DNA of 64,000 nucleotides from Camelus dromedarius (Eukaryota): positions 41,170,001-41,234,000 of the forward strand of contig NC_087437.1 of the NCBI RefSeq assembly GCF_036321535.1, in the 5' to 3' direction. Shown here piece by piece: positions 57,144 to 64,000 of this stretch. The notes below the pieces were generated by a model. That model was not told the origin of the DNA and searched no databases. It was given only the letters and a program-made list of their open reading frames with translations. Position numbers and translations under genes: made by a program. Within the stretch, counting starts at the first letter, position 1. Each line of letters opens with the position of its first letter.

Positions 57144-58051
57144 GGCTCTAGGTATTTTCACTGTAAGAATTTTTGCCACAAGCAGTTTTGCCACACAATG
57201 AATTGGCCCCAAGACAAATCTGCCATACAAGACACAATAACTACTTAACAATTTCGTTTGACAACAGCCTTCGAGAGCATTAATGATGGATTCTTGTGCT
57301 AATTTAGATACAACAGCTTGTTCTGTAATGTCCTCTCTACCAAATTTGTCATGCAGTATTAGAAGCTGGAGGCAAAACAAGAATCAAGCTCCTATCCACC
57401 CCCTCCGCAAAAGACGTGGTTATGTGATTCCTGATGAGTGTAAGTTTTTTAAAGACGGTAAAAAATTTCTTGCAATTTGATAGTGGAGAACGTAATGTGG
57501 ACAGAATTTTGGTATTTGGCACAGAATCTGGCTTAGATGATTTGATGAAATATAAGGACTGGGCCTGGGAAGGAACATTTAAATATAGTCCAGATATGTA
57601 CCACCAGTTATACAGGTTACAGAGACTGATAAGAAACAGCAGCATCTTCATCTGTTAATTCTACTCCCCGGGAAATCTAAAGAGACTTAGGACAGAATTT
57701 TTTCATATTGTGAAGAACTTAAATCCAACATTAGATCTTGAATCCTTAATGATGGACGTGGAAAAAGTCTAAAATATACCCGAATACAATGCCCGCTTTC
57801 TCTAAAACATACCTGAATACAACTATGACCAAAAATCTACATACATTTTAAATGTTTTAAAATATTTTTTGGAATTTTCATTTTTCATGATGAAATCTTT
57901 TTAAAATTATTAATTTTTCATATTTAATTTTGTCCCTTATTTTATTTTCTGTTCATTATTTTATATTTTACAGGACAATTGTCTTATGGCCAATTAGTTG
58001 TGTGATGAAACTGCTTGCAGCAAAGATGTTTAAGCAAAAATATGGGACATG
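57144..58051 (+). mobile_element. Internally deleted Mutator-like (MULE) DNA transposon with a transposase pseudogene fragment
   Basis: Imperfect TIRs of about 85 bp; 9-bp TSD agtttattt / agtttactt; frameshifted peptide IPDECKFFKDGKKFL-QFDSGERNVDRILVFGT...WAWEGTFKYSPDMYHQLY...LLPGKSKET*DRI-FHIVKNLNPTLDLESLMMDVEK. Confidence 0.85.
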
Positions 58052-58373
58052 AGTTTACTTCTCTGTAAACCTTAGTTTTGTTATCCAAAAAGTAAAGATA
58101 GTAATAATGTCCACCTCAAAGAGCCTGAATAAATGATATAATTCATTAAAAAAATAGCATGGTACCTAAAATATAATAAAAACTCAAGAAAGGTAGTCAT
58201 TAGTGGGAAAAAACTGGCTTTAGAGATGGTCCACATTAAGGGATAGAAGGTAGAGATACTGAAAAGATGGAGAGGTATTCAAGGAAATGGGAGAAAACCT
58301 TGAAAACACAATGTTATGGAAATCATAACATCTAATCGAACTTAGTATTGAGGATAGAGAAATGGACCATTCA

Positions 58374-58622
<249 letters not shown>

Positions 58623-61600
58623 CTATATCCACTATGTAATTATTTCTTTAAGTTTTTTCTCCTATGGTACTAAACAAGCATAATTATCATATAACTTGAC
58701 TTTCTTTCTTGACTACAAAGAAAAAATTTACAAGACAACACATTGGCAGTCCAAGGGGGCTTCTGTTTGTACAGCAAGTCAACATCGCATGCAACCTGCT
58801 GGGGAAAAAAAATTCTCATCCCTTCCCCTGGAAGAGATCAAGGCAGACAATCTATTGAGATAAAATTCACTCTAGGCCTCTGGGAACTAAGTCCATCAAG
58901 TACCTATCACTGATCATACTTGGTATAGGGTAGATTAAGAAAAATGAAAAGAAAAAAAAATACAGGCTCTTCAATTTAAAATTTGTTGGGTTCATTTTCT
59001 TTGAAGTCTCCTTTTATTGAAGTCCCTGACTGAAGACGATGAAAGTCAGATGGGAAAGGGAGCAAGAGTAAGTTCCCTAGATCTGAGGATGTGCGTAGAG
59101 CAGGAGCACCGTCTCACCTTCAGGAAACTACACATGAAAAGAAAGGGGGAATGTGGCAGTGCCACGGATGTGCAAAGGGATAACCCTCCTGCGGAGTAAG
59201 TTTCCTCACTCAGATGTCATTCATTCCGAGTTTCCATTTGGAGCCCACTAACTTGCGCCTTTTTAGAGGACCTGGCATCACCGGTGAAGACTGTGTGTTC
59301 TCCCATAATTTTATTTTGATGTGTACACATCAATTGGACTTTTAAAAAGTATTTTATTTTTGAGGTTGGTGGAAAAAATTTCTAGCCCAGGCAAATTATC
59401 TGAGATGCAGCAGTAGGACTCTCTGAGTGTAAGACGTTACATCACCATTACCATTACTCACGGTGTGTCTCCGTCTGTACCCTCGCCTCCTCTAGCTAAC
59501 TTGGCCTCCCTCCAGTGTCTCCACACTGCTGGGCCCTTCCGGAGTCTCCCATGTGTGTCTTCTTTCCCCTTCCTCTTCTGCACATACTTTCTACTCATCA
59601 TTCCTGGTTGAGTTTAATCGACACTCCTCCGGGACATTATCCTGAATTCTCTCAGGTAATGTCAAGTCTTCCCACTACATCTTGTCCACCTCCGAACCTG
59701 CACACATATTTGTTGGTACTGGAATAGAGGTATGGGTCACACGGTGTCATAATTGCCCTTTTCCTTAACACTCTTCTCCATGGATTGTAAGCTCTCTTCT
59801 GCCTTTAGATCTCAGTTCCAGAGTCCCTTCCCCAGCAAAGCTCTCTCTGATCTGCCTGACGTGGTTCTAATCCCACAGAGAACGGCATGCCTCTTCCTTT
59901 GTAGCATCTACCAGAATTACCATCCACATTTATCTGTCTATTCATATGATTGAAGCCTCCCTTCAGTACCAATCCATAAAAACTATAATCACAGCGATCC
60001 TTCCTGCTTTTGCTGTCTATAACATCCCAGCATCAAGCAACATGCCTGCAAATAAATATGAATAAAAGGATGAATACCTGCAAAGGGCCCACTCACTTAC
60101 AGCAGCATTCCTTACAGCTTGAAAGGAACTGATGGAAATAAGATGAGGAGACTGGTGAAATGCTGACATTTCCTGCCTACACAAAAATAAGCTTTAGGAA
60201 AAAGCAATGGAGAGCTGCAAACCTAGGAGACCTAAGCCTGTTATGTATCATATGGCTGAACTAAGTCGAGGACTAGGTACTCTCAGTATAGACTGTACAA
60301 TTGAGATGCTGAACTATGGAGAAGCACGTGGCCTTCACAGCTTCTGGAGGGGAGGAGAGGAGTGAGGGGCTGGGCTGGGGGCTGGGGGAGGGGATGGCAC
60401 ACTGCTGACCAAAGAAATATTCCCTGAGGTTATCAACGCGGGCCTAAGGAGAGAAGGACCTTCACAATCCTTCAACTTGTTGAAGGGTCCCTGCAGCAGG
60501 CCTCAAATTGTCTGGTGATGGTGCATATTAGCTATCTGAAACCCACCATGTGGGGCCAAATAATCATGGATGAATGTAGGATGCGAGTGGGTGTACTTTA
60601 GGGAAGCCTAAGTAGAAGGGGAGAAAACAAACCTGAGGGTTTCCAGGCAGCCTGGCATCGACAGCTGCTTTCCACTAAAGAAGAAACTACAGGAGACAGT
60701 AAAACACAAGTCACTTTGCAATGGCAGCCTGACGGTCTCAGCTTCGGTCATTCTTAGTGAGGAGCTGGGCTGGTTCTATAAGTATTAGTTGCCTGCTTCC
60801 TGGGTTCTTAACGGGATGGTGGCTGACGTGGGAGAATTAGAGGGGGAAAAAGTGCCTAATAATGCTTACCATAAGAACTTATGAAACAGTTAAACAACAG
60901 TGTAATTCAGTACACAATCAAATCCAACATAAATAAGTGTTGGAGATCAGAATGGCGTCAGCATGTTCTCCATCATTTCGCAAAGGTAAACTGAGTTGAT
61001 GTGACAATGAAGGGGGCATATGCACTGAGTCAGGAAAATGAGTGGGGGCAGGCGGAGTGCATGCTCAGTTTGGGCTCCACTCCTTTCTGGCTGCATGATC
61101 TCAGGAAAGCAACCTACCTTTTGGAACCTAAGTTTTCTCATCTATAATGAGACAGATTTTATACTATTATTACATGTCTCAGTCCTTTGTGAAAATTAAA
61201 GTATGTGAAAGTTCTAAAGTGTAATACAAAATAAACATTCTTATTAATCTCCTCCACCAAAAAATAAATAAATAACAAGGGTAGGAGGGCAAGGATGTAA
61301 GTAACTTGAATTTTAGGTTTAAATCGCACTGTTTCCAAACACAATTATGGAACCACTGTGGGTCATGGTTATGTAGCTTTATTACAGAACCTTGAGCTTG
61401 ATCTTATATGACCTTGTAAGTGAGCATGCAATTTATCAGGCCTTCAGGGCTGCTGTCCATCCAGATTTCTAGTCTAGAGCAATGACGGCCATAGTTATTC
61501 AGTGAAATCGGAAGGGAGGTACTTACTATGACCATAAGAACTCATTTAACCATTTCACAAGCAGTCCACTCTCTCACAATATGGCTTGTTGAGGGAGATG

Positions 61601-62083
61601 GCTGATGATTCTTTCAAAAAGACAGAGACGACAACAACTGAGGCCAGAATTAGATTACCAGTTAGAAGAAAGTTATCTTCTGTTTTGTAAATGGATTACT
61701 CTTATGTCTTCAGAATTAAGCACTGGATGAAGCTCACTGAGAAACTAATGACCACTGGGTCATAATGAAACATAAAGTAATGGTACCAAATCGTCACAAA
61801 TTTTAAAAAGAAGTAATTTTAATAAGCCAAGTCCAATACTCTGGGAAGAACCATTGTTTCAATCAGAAGACTTCAAAAATCTTGTCTAGGCCAACCTCAG
61901 GCATGGCCATTTAAATTCTCCATGTCAGTTATTTTCACCTGTAAATGGGAATAAGAATACCTATCTGTTACTCTCAGGGCTTAGAGATAATTAAGTATTT
62001 ATTTAAGCAAAGCTTTATAATCAACATAAAGAAGATCGTTTTTCTCTCAAGATCGTAGGAATCTATTTATTGCTTTGTATTTG

Positions 62084-62320
62084 TGGCAGACCAAAAGCAA
62101 AAATGGCCTGGATATTTGGTGACCTCCCACATGAAGAGGTGGGGTCCACTTATCCTTGTCTCTGTGCTTGGCTGTGTGACTTGCTTTGGCCTATGGGACA
62201 TTGGTATACGTGATGCAGCAGAGACTTGAATAGTGTGTGTTGGGGTGGCCCTCTCTTGTTGCTTACAGAGAACACTTTCTTGTGAAAAACTAGAACTGGC
62301 CTCCTGGAGGATGATAAAAT
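62084..62320. mobile_element. MaLR (MLT1-like) LTR fragment
   Basis: ggctgtgtgacttgctttggcctatgggacattgg motif. Ends approximate. Confidence 0.6.
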
Positions 62321-64000
62321 GTGAAGAGACAGTGGTTTTCAAATGCAAGAAAATGGATGATTCCAGGTAATGCTTTCAAGCCACTGACTACCTTTGATGA
62401 CGATATGATGATCAAAACCATGGTCATAAATACAGCCAAAGACAGCCTTATGTGATGTTCTTCTGTACCAGAGGCTGTATGCGTATAATCTTATTTAATA
62501 CTCAGAACAGCTCTATGAAGACATGTTTTTAATAATCCTATTTAACAAATAAGAAAATGAGTGTCATAGTTCATTCCTATATTAAATGTTAGAACTAAGA
62601 TCCAAAGCCAGATTCGTCTCATTTTAAAGCCACGGCTCTTAATTCTATACTGAAAACTCCTAAACAGAAGAAGGGGAGTTACTCATGGTGATAAAAACCA
62701 AAGCTGCTAATCACGAAAGAAGAGTCGAGGAGTACCTTAAGCTTGGACTGAAGAGAAACCTGCCTTTGGTCCTCCAATTACAGAAGCTTGTCAGCACATA
62801 CTAATATTTGCTTTTGAATGATTTCAGGGGATAAAGGAGGGATTTTTAAGTTGCATATTTATTACACAGGGGAACACACTTTAAGCACCTACAATATGGT
62901 AGGATTAAAAAACGGAATTAATAAGACACTTAATATTAGTGTGTTCTAATTTGCCTAATGTTCAGCTCTCAATCCATGGAACGGGGATAAAACTGCATGT
63001 AATTCTTTCAACGATCCAAGGAACTGGTCAGTTTACACTCTACAAGGAAGTATGAGGTGCACAGACTCCTAAGTGCCACTATCCCCCAGCTGTGCAGACG
63101 CCGGCTAGAACACCTGTGCGCCTGCTCACCGCCCTGCTTCCCGCAGCACCTGTTGGCATTAGGCAGGCATTTGTCTGAACTTGTCTATCATTCTCACCTT
63201 TGATGCTGACTGAATGTGACAGAAAGATTGAAAAGACAATTTATCGTTAAAGAATCATTGATCATTAGAATTTGTAGGGATTACTGACATCTTCTAGGAT
63301 GTGATTTAAAAATTTTTTTAAATAATTTTAGTGCTGAAATCCCTTCCTCAACTAGAACTTTTATTCAGGATGCCAATATACAACATCAACAAAAACTAGA
63401 CTTTTAAAGTTAGTAAATAGTTATTTTTATAAGTTTAACTATGTAATATCTGGTTATAAAGTTAATCAATGACAACAAAGGGAGTATTTTAGTGAAAGCA
63501 AATGTAGAATTTTTGAAAAAAATTTAAAATCATGTGTCAGCTTCAGTATCTTATTCATTTTCAGTTTTGTTTGTTCTGAAGGATAGAGAAAATCTTTATT
63601 TCCTAAGATAATTAATTGCAAATAATAGCAATTACTTTTTAAAAGGTTGCCTTGAGATTTCGGTGGAATCTTCAGATGTAATGATACTCTGCACATGACT
63701 GGAGTAACCTAGAGCATGGACTGAGAGGTTGCCGTCTTCTAGTGCATTCAAAGGTGGTATATGACATACAGCTAAGTTTTTTTTTTTTTTTGAAATCATA
63801 GTTTACTAAATGTTAAAATGTATGAAAAATTAAATGAGACTTAAGCATATATGGATGCTCTAATATTATCTCAAGATGAGGTTAAGCACCTGTGAACTAT
63901 ATATTTATAGATTCAAGGACACAGACCCCGAGTGGTTCAATTGGTTGCCTAAGTCCACATCTCTTCACCGCAGCATTGATAGAACTTGGGACTTTGCCAC

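Noticed and set aside
57283..57658. Domesticated transposase gene
   Set aside because: Frameshifts, in-frame stops, EGTF in place of the catalytic DGTF, and a missing C-terminal part; it is a fossil.

Overview
Mammalian genomic DNA, most likely camelid (it carries several tRNA-Ala-derived Vic-1-like SINEs). The whole window lies inside one minus-strand gene, the STE20/GCK-IV kinase TNIK. Nine consecutive internal coding exons are present (4-12 by recalled human numbering; 126, 111, 91, 131, 55, 79, 176, 67 and 205 nt). All have GT-AG borders and they join into a 347-codon open frame covering most of the kinase domain and the start of the coiled coil. The start and end of the gene lie outside the window. 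The introns are filled with L1, L2, MIR, LTR, SINE and DNA-transposon remnants. I see no evidence for a new multi-gene system. The most notable items are transposon structures: an internally deleted Mutator-like (MULE) element with long TIRs, a 9-bp TSD and a readable transposase fossil; a SINE+L1 composite inside one TSD; an L1-in-L1 insertion with a possible 3' transduction; and a three-level MADE2/L1/SINE nest. Repeat family names and exon numbers come from memory, not from a database search.
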